Shown here piece by piece: positions 13,201 through 24,304 of a stretch of DNA of 64,000 nucleotides. The notes under the pieces are model-generated. The model worked only from the letters and a program-made list of their open reading frames with translations, searched no databases and was not told the DNA's origin. How positions within the stretch are numbered: position 1 is the first letter of the stretch; every line of letters begins with the position of its first letter. Source of the stretch: Phyllosticta citribraziliensis (taxonomy: Eukaryota); NCBI RefSeq assembly GCF_038025025.1, contig NW_027117340.1:2232001-2296000 (forward strand). Direction: 5' to 3'. The translations under genes were made by a program, and so were the position numbers.

Positions 13201-14068
13201 CTACCACAAAAAGGATCTGGCGAAGCAACTGTTTGAAGGGCTCGACTATCTCCACAAACGTGGCGTACTTCACCGAGACATCAAGGCCGCCAACATCCTC
13301 GTCAGCAACACTGGCCAGTTGAAGCTTGCAGATTTTGGTCTGGCTCGTTTCTACGCGAAGCGCAAGAAGCTCGACTACACCAACCGCGTCATCACCATCT
13401 GGTACCGTCCGCCGGAGCTCCTCCTTGGCGAGACACAGTATGGACCAGCTGTCGACATTTGGTCCGCGGCCTGTGTGCTTGTCGAAATTTTCACAAAACA
13501 CGCCATTTTCCCTGGTGACGGTGGTGAGATCAACCAGCTCGACAAGATTTACAACATTCTCGGCACACCCACGCGAGCCGATTGGCCTGGCATTGTCGAC
13601 ATGCAATGGTTTGAGCTCTTGCGACCAACGGAGCGCAAGCCCAGCACGTTCGAGGAAAAGTACAAGGACCGAGTCACACCTTTTGCTTTTGAGCTTCTCG
13701 CAGCCATGTTTCAGTACAACCCAGACGCCCGCCCAACCGCAACTGACGTCCTGGAACATCCTTACTTTACTACAGAATCGCCCCCTCCAAGGCGCTCTGA
13801 GCTTGAGACGTTACAAGGTGACTGGCACGAATTCGAAAGCAAGGCCCTGCGCAAAGAACGCGAGCGGCAAGACAGAGAGTCCCGGCGGCGTGAACGCGAA
13901 GACGCCCAGCGCAAGGAGGGTGAAAAGCGTCGGGCAGAGACAGCCGACGCGGTTGGAAGCGACCGCGAGGCGAAGCGGGCGAGGCAAGACATCAACACGG
14001 GTGATTTCGAGACCAAGGCGAGCGGCAGTGGTAGTGGACTGGACTCTGGGGAGCCCATGGATCATTGA
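10261..14068 (+). CDS. CTK1: RNA polymerase II CTD kinase catalytic subunit (Ctk1/Lsk1, CDK12/13 family) with long RS-rich N-terminus
   Basis: Exons 10261-11573, 11630-12983, 13031-14068. Motifs: [72 protein letters not shown]. Confidence 0.9.
12321..12464 (+). repeat. Coding 12-bp minisatellite, 12 units, encoding (D-P/L-R-x)12
   Basis: Units of the form GAYCCnCGnAnn translate DPRS DPRS DLRS DPRN DPRN DPRS DPRN DPRT DPRT DPRT DPRT DPRA. The four GATCCTCGAACC units are identical. Confidence 0.95.
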
Positions 14069-14745
14069 CTTTGGTGAAGGAACAAAGGCTGGAAAAGACA
14101 AGCGGATTGATGATTTTTGGCCGCCCCCTGGTGCCGAGTGTATGTTTTTGGAGCATGTCGAAGGACGTTGAGCCAAAAGTTGAGCATGAGCGATGGGTGT
14201 ATATACCACTTGGGCAACCAATTGAAGCTACCATTCAGTTGGAATTGATCTCTTGCGAGGTCTCGATTCTGAATCTGGTCTGCTCTTCTCATTTTCGTCA
14301 CTGCACGTCAGCGATGAGCTCGACCAGCGTATTATCCGACGGCCGACATTCGTCATTGGTGTTCCTGTTCGGAAGCCTCCCCCTTACCTGCTGTTGACGC
14401 ACTCCGGGCAGTGAGCAGCTCTGCGGATGTGTCTGATTCGTCGTCAACGAAGAAAAGGGCAGAAACGACATCGCCCCTGAAAAGAGTTTGCGGATGAAAA
14501 TCTTCTCACACAAGGAAGTGGGAAATTTTTCTGGGCCAAAGATTGCGTACCTCCGCATGTTGACACAATTGTTGACCGTGGAATCAATCCATTGCTTACC
14601 CCGATGGTTTGGAAAAGTGCGTTTGGTAAGAATCCACAATCAAGAGGAAGTTCCCATTGCTTCTAGATTGGGTTTTGAGTTTGAGCATTCGACACCGGCG
14701 CAAGTTTGTCTTGATAACAAGCTGAGGAGAGTAGGGTGTGAGGGG

Positions 14746-14753
14746 TATAAAAA
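14746..14753 (+). promoter_or_regulatory. TATA box candidate for the 164-aa gene
   Basis: TATAAAAA about 125 nt upstream of ATG 14877, followed by a pyrimidine-rich leader. Confidence 0.55.
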
Positions 14754-14876
14754 GGAGCAGAGAGGCGTCACCCTTGGTCAGAGGACACCAGTCTGCCTTG
14801 ACTTTATCCCCTGCGCTCCTTTTCCGTGGGAATTTCTCCAACCTCTTGCTGAAGAAACCACCCTCAACTCAGCAAC

Positions 14877-15371
14877 ATGGAATTCCCACTCAAAGTAGAG
14901 CCCCTGAAGGGCGAGCTCGGCGCCGCCTACGTCGAGCCCAAAGCCGACAAGATCCTCTGGATCCTCCAACAAGACCCCTTCGTCATCCGCTTCCTGCTGC
15001 AATACCAACTGCTGCCCGCGCTCATCGAAGACGTCGCGCTGCAGGACGCCATCGAGTTCCGCGCCGCCCACGGCTTCTCGACGTCCAGCCACAAGTGCGC
15101 CGCGCGCACCGGCGATGGCATCGACCTGCGGTACGCCGAGGACACCATGTTCGCCATGGATCCCAGGCTGCTGCTCGGCCTGTGCGTTCGCGACCTCATC
15201 AGGCCGGCGTTGAACTTCAAGAATAACCCCCGCATCGCGGATTGGCTGGGCCTCACTTGTCCGCCTAGCATTCTGCCGCGGGGCTTTGGTGGCAGGTTGA
15301 CGTATGAGGAGCATTCGTCGCTGGACTGGATGAAGTTCAACAGTTGCTGGTCGGACCGCAAGCAGTACTGA
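14877..15371 (+). CDS. Intronless hypothetical protein, 164 aa, no recognised family
   Basis: ATG in GCAACATGG context. The ORF is rich in C/G-ending codons, in contrast to its AT-richer flanks, and has an upstream TATA. Confidence 0.7.
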   Translation: MEFPLKVEPLKGELGAAYVEPKADKILWILQQDPFVIRFLLQYQLLPALIEDVALQDAIEFRAAHGFSTSSHKCAARTGDGIDLRYAEDTMFAMDPRLLLGLCVRDLIRPALNFKNNPRIADWLGLTCPPSILPRGFGGRLTYEEHSSLDWMKFNSCWSDRKQY

Positions 15372-17276
15372 TGTCGGAAGGGGTTCGAGAGTGGTGAGTG
15401 AATTCATTTGCCTTTCTTTGATGCTGGAGAAGGCGGGCGAATGCTGATTTTGTTTTGGACTGCAGTGCCGAATCAGAGATCACCAGAACAGGGAATGGGG
15501 AAAGCAAGACGACATGCTGGGTCCTTGGGTGGTGCTGAAGGAAGTCAAGTGGTCTGGCAACAGATGCGCATGGGCTCCATAGTCTGGGAAAGGGGCGTTC
15601 GGGGAAAGGGGGGAGATGCAACGCGCGGGTCTCTCGTCAATGACAACGGCCGCACGTAGCCGAAGAATGGACATCAGCTACAATTCTCTCGCAGCAACTT
15701 CAAGACGCCATGCTTTCAATGATCTGTTTTGACGTTGCCCTGACACCCCCCTGACACCTCCCCTAGATGTGACTACCCCTGAACCCCCATCTCACAACTC
15801 GCCCCTCGAGCCAACGCCCCACCATCTCCTACCAAGTCCACCCCAAGTACCCTCTCCCAGTCCAGCAACCCGCCCCGCCCCACACACACCCCACACCCTG
15901 CAGTCATGGTGGTGTCGCAGTTCCACAATCGCACTCGCTCCCTGTCCAGCATCGTCCCATCGTATCGCACGACGTGCATGGCCGGATAACCAGCAGCAGG
16001 GTACGACATGGAGGAGGGACCGGGACGACGATAAACTCCGTCGACGCCGAACTTGTCGACTGCTAATTGTCCGACGCCCGCCCGCCCGCCCGCCCGCCAC
16101 CACAGATGATGCTGCTGACGGACCGGAGAGCGTGAAGGTGTCATCTGCCGCCCGGCTGGCCGGATGGTGGCAGTGAGCCGGTGCCGATGCTTGCTGGTGC
16201 TAACCAGTGACTAGAGAGGTGGGAAGGACGGTGGATGGACGAGCGTGGTGTGATATGGTCAAAAGTCAGACTGATGCGTTGATTCATCGAGTAGTTCTTG
16301 TTCAGCGGCTCGAACAAATGTCAAGCCCCTTCTCTAGACGACCAAGTCTCCCAGAACCCAAACCCCAAGTCTCTGGAAGCAGGGAAAAGGGCGAAGAAAG
16401 ATGGACAGCAGCTCGATTGTCGAAGTCGAATCGCGGACTGTCTCAATCCACGTGCTGGCGGGCCCGTCGCACAGCAGACGAGCAGACTGAAGGAGAGACA
16501 TGCAGCTGTCATGAGAGTTTGTACATACACGCAAACAAACGTCGTCCATGCGCACTTGGAGAGACTGACCGACTGACGAGCTGACCTCCTCACACACACT
16601 GGCCTCTTTCCTTGGCCTCTCGCTCTCAAAGCTTCTCCGTTCTGCTGCTGTGCGGTAGTAGTAGCGTAGGGAACGTACCGCACGCGCATCGCTCACCGAC
16701 AAAGTCCGTCATCCAATAATCCATCCAGCCAGCCAGCCAGCATCGGCGCACGCACTCACGTCATCTCGACACCACCACCACCACCACCACCATTTCGCCC
16801 CCAACCCAACCAGCGTCCCGGCCACCGACGCTGCCACCGACACCGACACCGACTATCCGGACGGACGACGGCCGGCCGGGACGGCGGCATCCTTCCAACT
16901 CACCCCGCGCGCGCGGTGCTCGCTCACGTCATTGTTGCACAGAACGACGCGACGGGGACGCACTGTACAACCACAAACACCACCACCACCGCCTCCGCCG
17001 CCGCCGCCAGACGTGAGAAAGAGCCGAAGCCGAACTGAGACACGCATGGATGCCAACCATCCAATGCGTGCCGCGATTTACAAAAACCCCGGGGCGCCGA
17101 GGAGGACGACGAGTGAGGGCACGAGAGAAACTAGCTGGACAGGCGGGCAGGGAGCGGAGCAGAGTTGGTGTCGCACACACAGCACGCAACGCGCGACACA
17201 CACTGTCTGTTGCGCTGGAATCGCGGAGGAGGCGCCATCCGGGGATCCGGAGGGAGCGCGTCGGGTCTTGGTAGTA

Positions 17277-17387
17277 TGGTGTGGTGTGGTGTGGTGTGGT
17301 GTGGTGTGGGAGCGCAGAGGCTTACCTACACCGCCTGTGTTAACGACGACGACGACGACGACGACGACACAATGATGATGATGATGA
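17277..17387. repeat. Microsatellite cluster (TGGTG)n, (ACG)n, (ATG)n
   Basis: TGGTG repeats at 17277-17309, ACG repeats at 17343-17368, ATG repeats at 17372-17387. Confidence 0.95.
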
Positions 17388-20300
17388 CTACTTTGACTTG
17401 TCGTTCCAGCCGAAACGATGTTCTGCCTCTCATTACCAATCAATCAACGCATGAACGACGACGCGGGTAGCTGCAGGCGGCATCTGGTCTGGAGCGAAGC
17501 TGAATGACTGACAGACTGACTGACGGGCTGGCTGGCTGCATCGTTTGGCTCAGACGTCGATACTCTGATACATGCAGTGGGCTGGTGATTCACAATGAGT
17601 GAGTGACTCGACCGCGCATCTGTCCGTCAATCCATCCATCCATCCATCTGCCCATCTAGCCGCGCGGCCAACGGGAGAGAGCCTCGAGCGTTGATGGGCG
17701 CACAGATTGGCTCTCTCACCGGGAGGCAGTTCAGACAATATGACAAAACGAAGCGAAACGGACAGACTGAATGAGTGATAGGATACAACAGCGCCAAGCG
17801 TAAGCGGCGGCGCGGAGAGAGGCGAGGTGGGGTGTTGGCCAAGTACTCTGTCTGGGGTGGGTGTGGGAGGAGTGAGGTAAGCAGACAGATGGGAGGAACC
17901 AATCAAACAACGAAACAACTTCTCGAGCAGCGGCGAGAGAGATAAGGAACTGTCACTTACCTGGCTACTCGCACTCTCTCAGTCTCCCTCCGTGCTGTGC
18001 TGGCCCATTGAGAATCCGGGCCTCACGCGGTGCCTGAGCCTCGGTAGGGTAGGATACGGTACGTAGTCGACGAACCAGTACCTGAGAGCGTCCGCGCATG
18101 CACGTCTCAATAGCGTCGCCGGTTGGTTGGTTCCCCTTGGGCAGCAGCATCAGCAGCATCAGCGCCAGCAGGTCTGTCCATGTCCGCACGCCGGGTGCCT
18201 GGCGCGTGCGCTGGCCATGTGTGTATCTGTTGGCCATGCCATGGCATGCCGGACAATGACCACTCAGGGGAACTGGGGGAAAAAGGCAAGCCAGGAACAA
18301 TAGGGGGGAGAGGTTGCGCAAAACGCGTTTGTCGTAGACTTGAGTTCCTCATGAAAAACAGGAGAAGGAAGAACAGGATGAGAGATTATGTTGTTGTCGC
18401 GCAAATCCAAAGAGATGATGATTCTTGCCGCAAAACACCTTCGCGGCCTCAATACCAAGCTCAGCAGGCAGCAGTCGCGCTCAGCAAGAAAGCGGCGGGC
18501 AAAGCAGGCAGACAGACAAGCTAGCACACGCAGACGTTTCGCCCCGCAACCCAGCACAAGGCAATCCGGTTGCACCGCAACTGCTCTCACAAGTTTCAAC
18601 CAAGAAAGCCTTTTGGTCAGACTGCCCAGGCGATGCGGTCGTTCGTTCAGTCTGAGCCCAGCCGGCCCAGGCGGTGGATGCTTGCAACTGCTTGGAGGAA
18701 GAGGAGAGCGAGCATCGTTACCTCTGGTTGGTAGGGCAGGTAAGTTCGTACCAAACAGCCATGTTCCCTGCCGCTGGATGCCGCTCGTTTTGCAGGGTTT
18801 AGTTGCCTTAAAACCCTACCTAGGCAAGCTCACGAGCTAGGCAGCTAGTTGCCGACTGGAGCTTGCTGAGCTTGGGGCACACGCGCACGCAACCCACGCA
18901 CACGAGACAGGGCAGCAGCAGTAGCAACATCAGCCGGGCAGGGGTCCAGCTGCGCTTCAGAGCCGTGGCTGAAACACTTGATGGTCCCTGGTCACTTGGC
19001 CCGTAGCCAGTCTCTTGCTCGTCCACCCAGTAGGGCGGGTTTTGTTTTTCTGCCTGAGGCCAGTCGGAAACAAACCATGTGTGGGATGGTGGTGGTGTTT
19101 GGGCTTTGAGGGGACTTAATTGCTCTACTGACGTGGGGAGCATGGAGCGAGACGGAGAAATATCTGAATGGGCGTTGTGCTTGGTACTGCGTCTTTGCTT
19201 ATCGGTCTGCGTGTAAGTGGTCGCGCGGAAACCCTCGGCAGGCCGGGTCGCGGGGTTCGTCCTTGTGGTTCTGCTATACTCATTAGTCTGGTCACATTGC
19301 GAGAAGGAGAGGAGAGAAAGAGGGGCGGATATGGGTGGCAGCAGCAGGAGGGGAATGCGACATGTGCTCTGCGCATGCTTTGCATAGCCTGGCATGGCAT
19401 GCAGCCCAGACAGGCAGAGGGCAGACGGCAGACTGTGTAGATATGGTGACCGTGTGGAGAAGACAGTAGAGAAGGAGGCTGCTGAGGGGGAGGGCGGTCT
19501 ATCATCAATAGACGGGACTACCTCACATGCCACATGCCCACCTGCGCAGATGCAAGTACCTCAGAAGTACCATCCACTTACTCATTTTCAGAGCGCAACA
19601 GTAGCTTGTGAATGCCCAGGCAAGTCTACTCCACTCGCCTGCCTCCCTCCTCTTTTTCCCTCCCCCTACATTACATCCACTTTCCTGGATGCGCAGATGG
19701 AGAGTGGCCGGTGTGAAATGCCTTGCCTACGTCATTGCTAGTTTTGGTCGCATGTCAGGTCAGTGACTGACACAGACGCGCACCCAGCAACCGTTTCTCC
19801 GCTCCCATCTCTTTTCTTTTCTTATTTCCGTTCTTCTTTGCCTTTTCCATGCCCTTCCATCGTATTTCTCCGACAGCGGCGTCATCGCACATTTGCTTTG
19901 CCCGCGCAAAGCCATGGGCCAGGCGAAGCTGACGACCTGACCTGTGCGGCGCCGCATCATTTGTGCTACAACGCAGTAGGTCAGAGTCAGAGTGAGCGCA
20001 GAACAAAAGCAAAAAGACAAAAAAGGCCGAACGCGCGCCAGACACCGCGCGTGCAACAGTCGATCATGCAGTCAGTTAGTCTACTCTGCGCTGTGCAACA
20101 ACGCCCAGCCCAGCCCGGTAGACGGGCAGCGCGATAGTCCGTCCGTCTGGGCCCTGTGTTTGTGTCGCCATCAGCCAACCTTCGGCCGACGACGAGCACG
20201 CACGCGCTCAGGCGCTGATTTTGGCCAGTGGTGACTGGTGAAAGCCCAGTGAGTGTAGCGCCTGTCCATCTGCTGAGGTTAGCAACCCAGCTAGAGAAGC

Positions 20301-21321
20301 GCAAGGTGACAGGGACGTCGCAAGTTCTTGTGCAGCAGCGGCTAGCCTTGCCGAGTGGGGTCGTTTGGGTCATCGCGATGAACGTTGCGTTGGTTGCGAT
20401 GCGAAACGCGTCGTGTGTGGCCCCCGCAGGCGACGGGTATCGGAACGAGTGGGGTGTGGGAGGGGTTCATGTCGAGATCGTGCCGGTGCCGTCATCGTCG
20501 ATAAGGCGTTGGGAAGCTGTTCCTTGTTCACATGCCGGCCGTGGTACATCGCAGTCGCCGAACAAGAGTAAAAATCGTATGCTCCAATTGATGTTGACTT
20601 TCGTTGTTGTTTTTGCGCAACGAATGCTTGCTTGCTTGCTAGCCATACGTAAACTTTGTGTCGTGGTAAGCTGCTTAGCCCATCCAGTGAAGGATCATGG
20701 GCTTTGAATAGAATGAGAAACTCTGCCTTCCTTGAGCACTGCTCTCCATATTGATCGAGTTTGCCCTGCCGTGATCCAGTAAAGAGGAAAAGAAAACGAG
20801 GAAAAAATGGTCCGCTCATGGATCCTCCCAATGCAACCTGGGGAGAAAATAGAGAGCCGAGAAAGAGTACACACTATGTTTTGACGGTCAAGCCCCCGGC
20901 ATGTACCGCCGTCGCTTCCAAGATAAATGTCATCAGTACTAATCGCCGCCAACCAAGATAAGGAAAACGCAGTAAATCACCAAGAAAGAGGAAATTTTGA
21001 ACAAACGCCAAAGTAATCACAAAATAGCCGCCGAGGGTCTAACGATTGGAAGTTGGGACTGTCAGCGAGCGACGGAAGGTCTAGGAAGAGGTAGAAATAA
21101 AAAGACGCTGGCGCGCCTTTCGGAAACGGCCGTGGGTATCGAAGAGGTTGGCAACACCGGAGTGAGTGGGATGAGGGGCATAAAAGTACAAGGTGAAAAG
21201 GGGTCGAGTGGGGGTCGCAACGTCGTAGCGGTCGTAGCAAAGAGGTGTCGTTGGCGGGGACGCGGGTCGTATAACTGAACCAGTCATGTCGTCAAGCAGC
21301 ATCAAGCGTGCTCTTCGAGAA

Positions 21322-23127
21322 CTAGTAGAATCCCAGAGTGCTCTTCCTCTTCCTCAGCTTGCGCTGAATTCCAGTCGGCTCAAGCTCGTCTGGGAAGGGA
21401 GGCAACTCGAAAGGAGGTTCTCTTTCATCCGCTCCTCTGGGGACCAATTTGAACTTTCCGGGAACGCTCGACTTGCGGCGTTGCGCAGCCACTCCAGCGG
21501 CGCTGTCGGGAGGCGATACAGCGCTCATCCTGGAACTGCTACGACGACCATATACCGAGCTTGCTGGAGAGGAAACAGAGTAAGTACTTGGTGTGACTGG
21601 GGTTGGCGGCATCGAAGGGCCTAGGGGCGAGGGAGAGTACAAGCTGTGTTTGACTTCGGCTGGCTCCGTCATGGGAGAGATGGGCGACAGGATGGCAAAG
21701 TCCTGCTCGGGGGCCGGCTGTGACTTGGATTTGCTCTTGGACCTGTCCCGTTTGCTGGCGGGCGTGACAGCCATCTTGGCCAGGGTAAGGGTGCGGCTGA
21801 TGCTGCGCAGGCGGCGATGCGTGGGTTTGCCTTCGGCGCTCTTTGGGGAGACTTCCTTCTTCTCGAATGGGTCCGTGTCGAGGAACGTGGGCGTCTTAAC
21901 CGACTTGGTCGAAGCGAGGGACGTCGTCGACGGGAAAGTGGGCAAGTGGACGGAGCCTGAGCGTTGGCGGATGTGCAGGACAGAGCCGCGTTTGGACCGG
22001 GGCGGTTGGGAATAGGACGACCTGGCGGAAGACGGGCGGCGGAAGAAGCTGGAAATCGTGGGGGGCCTTTCAAGGGCTGGCGAAGCTGGTTCCTGTTCCC
22101 GAGTAGAAGAACGGCTTAGCGTAGATGGAGTGGGCGTCATTCTGGCGCCATGTTCAACTTCACCTCGGGCGAAGCCAACTTCGCCCTCAGTGGACCTGCG
22201 TCCCTTGGAAGGACTTGGGGTTCTGCGGCTTCTCAAATCCATCACGGAAGCTCGTTGCATGCGGCGGTGGTTTTCCCTGGTTTTGGCGTTCCAGCCTGGG
22301 TTAGAGTCGATCGGTCCCATGGAAGTGGTTACGTCAGTTGTAGACCTCATTAGCCTGGGGCGGTCAAACTGCCCATACGACGGGGCCATGGCCATGCTAA
22401 AATGCCTGGCAGACTTGGTGGTCCGCAACGAACCCGTCGAAGGAATAGGCCTCAGGACGTCGCCGTTCTGGACGAGGGGCGACTTGGGGAGAGGAGGGCG
22501 TTGAGACGTGGGCATGGCGGTCCTGCGTCTCTCGGCCTTGACGTCTCGCATGTCCTGTCTCAGAGAAAAGTTTGGTCGATCGGCACTCGCAGGGGGGGTG
22601 TGGCCGGCCATGAAGGACATTCTCGACGTTCGGGGAACAGGAGACTTGAGTATGGGGACAGCGTTGGCCACGGACGGCACGCTGATTGTTTGTTCTCGGA
22701 CAGTAGGACTTTCGGATAGGTCCACGACCTTGGCCCGGCCGGCGGAAACGTAGGATACTGCTGTAGCGACCTTGCACGGGCTCGGAATGGTGGTGCAAGA
22801 GTGGCGTGGAGACACGACTTCGGCTTCCATGATTTCGACATCGTCTTCGTCCAGTTCGAACGACTCGGTGGAGTCCCGATCCGTGGGAGAGAGGTCCTCC
22901 TCGGAGGAGAGATATCTTTCATGTAGCAAGGCATCCGAGGATCGCAATGCAGGATTTTGGTGGGTGGAAGAGGGCGCAATGCGGATGCGCTCAGAATCGT
23001 CGAGGTCAGGCGTGCTGGCAGGGCTGCCTGAACTCCTGCTCTGCTCGTAAGGTTTGGCGAGAGGCCATTGGGGGTGGTGAACGCGTGAGAGCGGCTGGAC
23101 GTCAACCATTTTGGCGGCGCTCGACAT
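21322..23127 (-). CDS. Ser/Pro/Arg-rich hypothetical protein, 601 aa, largely disordered
   Basis: Long single ORF with short ordered motifs (YLSSEEDLSP; KLVPRGADEREPPFELPPFP). A likely upstream intron runs from GTCAGT (23544) to ACAG (23137). Confidence 0.82.
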   Translation of the reverse strand: MSSAAKMVDVQPLSRVHHPQWPLAKPYEQSRSSGSPASTPDLDDSERIRIAPSSTHQNPALRSSDALLHERYLSSEEDLSPTDRDSTESFELDEDDVEIMEAEVVSPRHSCTTIPSPCKVATAVSYVSAGRAKVVDLSESPTVREQTISVPSVANAVPILKSPVPRTSRMSFMAGHTPPASADRPNFSLRQDMRDVKAERRRTAMPTSQRPPLPKSPLVQNGDVLRPIPSTGSLRTTKSARHFSMAMAPSYGQFDRPRLMRSTTDVTTSMGPIDSNPGWNAKTRENHRRMQRASVMDLRSRRTPSPSKGRRSTEGEVGFARGEVEHGARMTPTPSTLSRSSTREQEPASPALERPPTISSFFRRPSSARSSYSQPPRSKRGSVLHIRQRSGSVHLPTFPSTTSLASTKSVKTPTFLDTDPFEKKEVSPKSAEGKPTHRRLRSISRTLTLAKMAVTPASKRDRSKSKSKSQPAPEQDFAILSPISPMTEPAEVKHSLYSPSPLGPSMPPTPVTPSTYSVSSPASSVYGRRSSSRMSAVSPPDSAAGVAAQRRKSSVPGKFKLVPRGADEREPPFELPPFPDELEPTGIQRKLRKRKSTLGFY

Positions 23128-24278
23128 GGGGAACGTCTGTCGGCAGAGAAGGAGGCAGGTGGGAGTTTATGAAGGCACAGGGCCGAAGGGGTAATTGGGA
23201 GAAGTCAAGAGAAGTAGGTAGGTAGTGGGAGCTTGACCCAATACCGCGTTTGCGCAGCTTGCCTGAAGCCTGGTGTGGAGGGATCCTGGAGTATTGTCGA
23301 GAAGGGAGTCCCCAGCAGGCGGAGGAGTGATCAGGGATCCGGTGGTTCGAGGGACCCTTTGTCGGTTTTATTAGGATGAACCGACGGTTGTCAGTGCGCG
23401 GGCATGAAAGGTTTCAGATACAGACGGGCTTGGAGGGAGTGGGAGGAAATGGAGGAGGAAAAACGGCGGACGCGACTAGAGTAATTAATTGGCAGCGCTC
23501 GAGGGCGGAAAGGCGGAGAGACGGGCCCGTAAGTAGGTACTGACCTGCAGCGCAAGTGGGTGTGGGCGTGGGCGTGGGCGGTGGAGTCCAGTGCGGTGGA
23601 GGCTTGTGGCCGTCAGCTGGTGGTTGCAGGCACAGTAGCCCTGGGAGAACCGAAGTCCCCTGCCCTGCCCTGCTCGCACTGCACTGCCCAGGGGCACACC
23701 TCCACCACCACCACCACCACAGCGAGTCAGCAAACGTCGCGTCGCGTCGGCCCTCTGGCCCTTTTGGTGGCCATGCACCTCGGTCACACTGCAACCGCTG
23801 CCCTCGCGTGGCCGGCGTGAAGACGCTGAGGTGAGGGTACCTGATGGATACCTACACTCCCTCTCCATCCCATCCGGATGTGGCGCGCCGAAGCAGGGTT
23901 GCTCCGTGTTTCGCCTGGCTTCGCGAGCGCAACCACTCGCAAGTCGACGCTCGACCACGACCACGTCCACGACCTCGTCCGTCACCACCATCAAGGTCGC
24001 TGACGGATGCGACAGCTCAGACTCATGTCACTCTCACGGGCAGCGAACCAGCAATCCGCCCTCAAAGCTTGTCTGCCCAACGGCGCTTGTCGATCGAGGC
24101 ACCATCCACGGCGGCACGCTATCGGTTGGCTCTCTCAGGGTCCCGTCTGCCATCCATCGTCACGACCGACTCATGGCCTGACGCACATCATCGCCTCTGC
24201 AAAAACAACCGCGGCGGGCCCACCGAGGTTGCGATCACCACCGACCGCAGGGGGCGTGCCGCCCTCGTCACCACACCT

Positions 24279-24304
24279 CCCCCCCCCCCCCCCCCCCCCC
24301 CCCC
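24279..24304. repeat. Poly-C/poly-G homopolymer (about 26 nt)
   Basis: Uninterrupted C run, flanked by further short C runs. Confidence 0.95.

Noticed and set aside
17956..17970. ACTTACCTGG resembling the U1 snRNA 5' end
   Set aside because: No U1 stem-loops, U1A loop or Sm site follow. It is better read as the reverse complement of a CCAG|GTAAGT donor.
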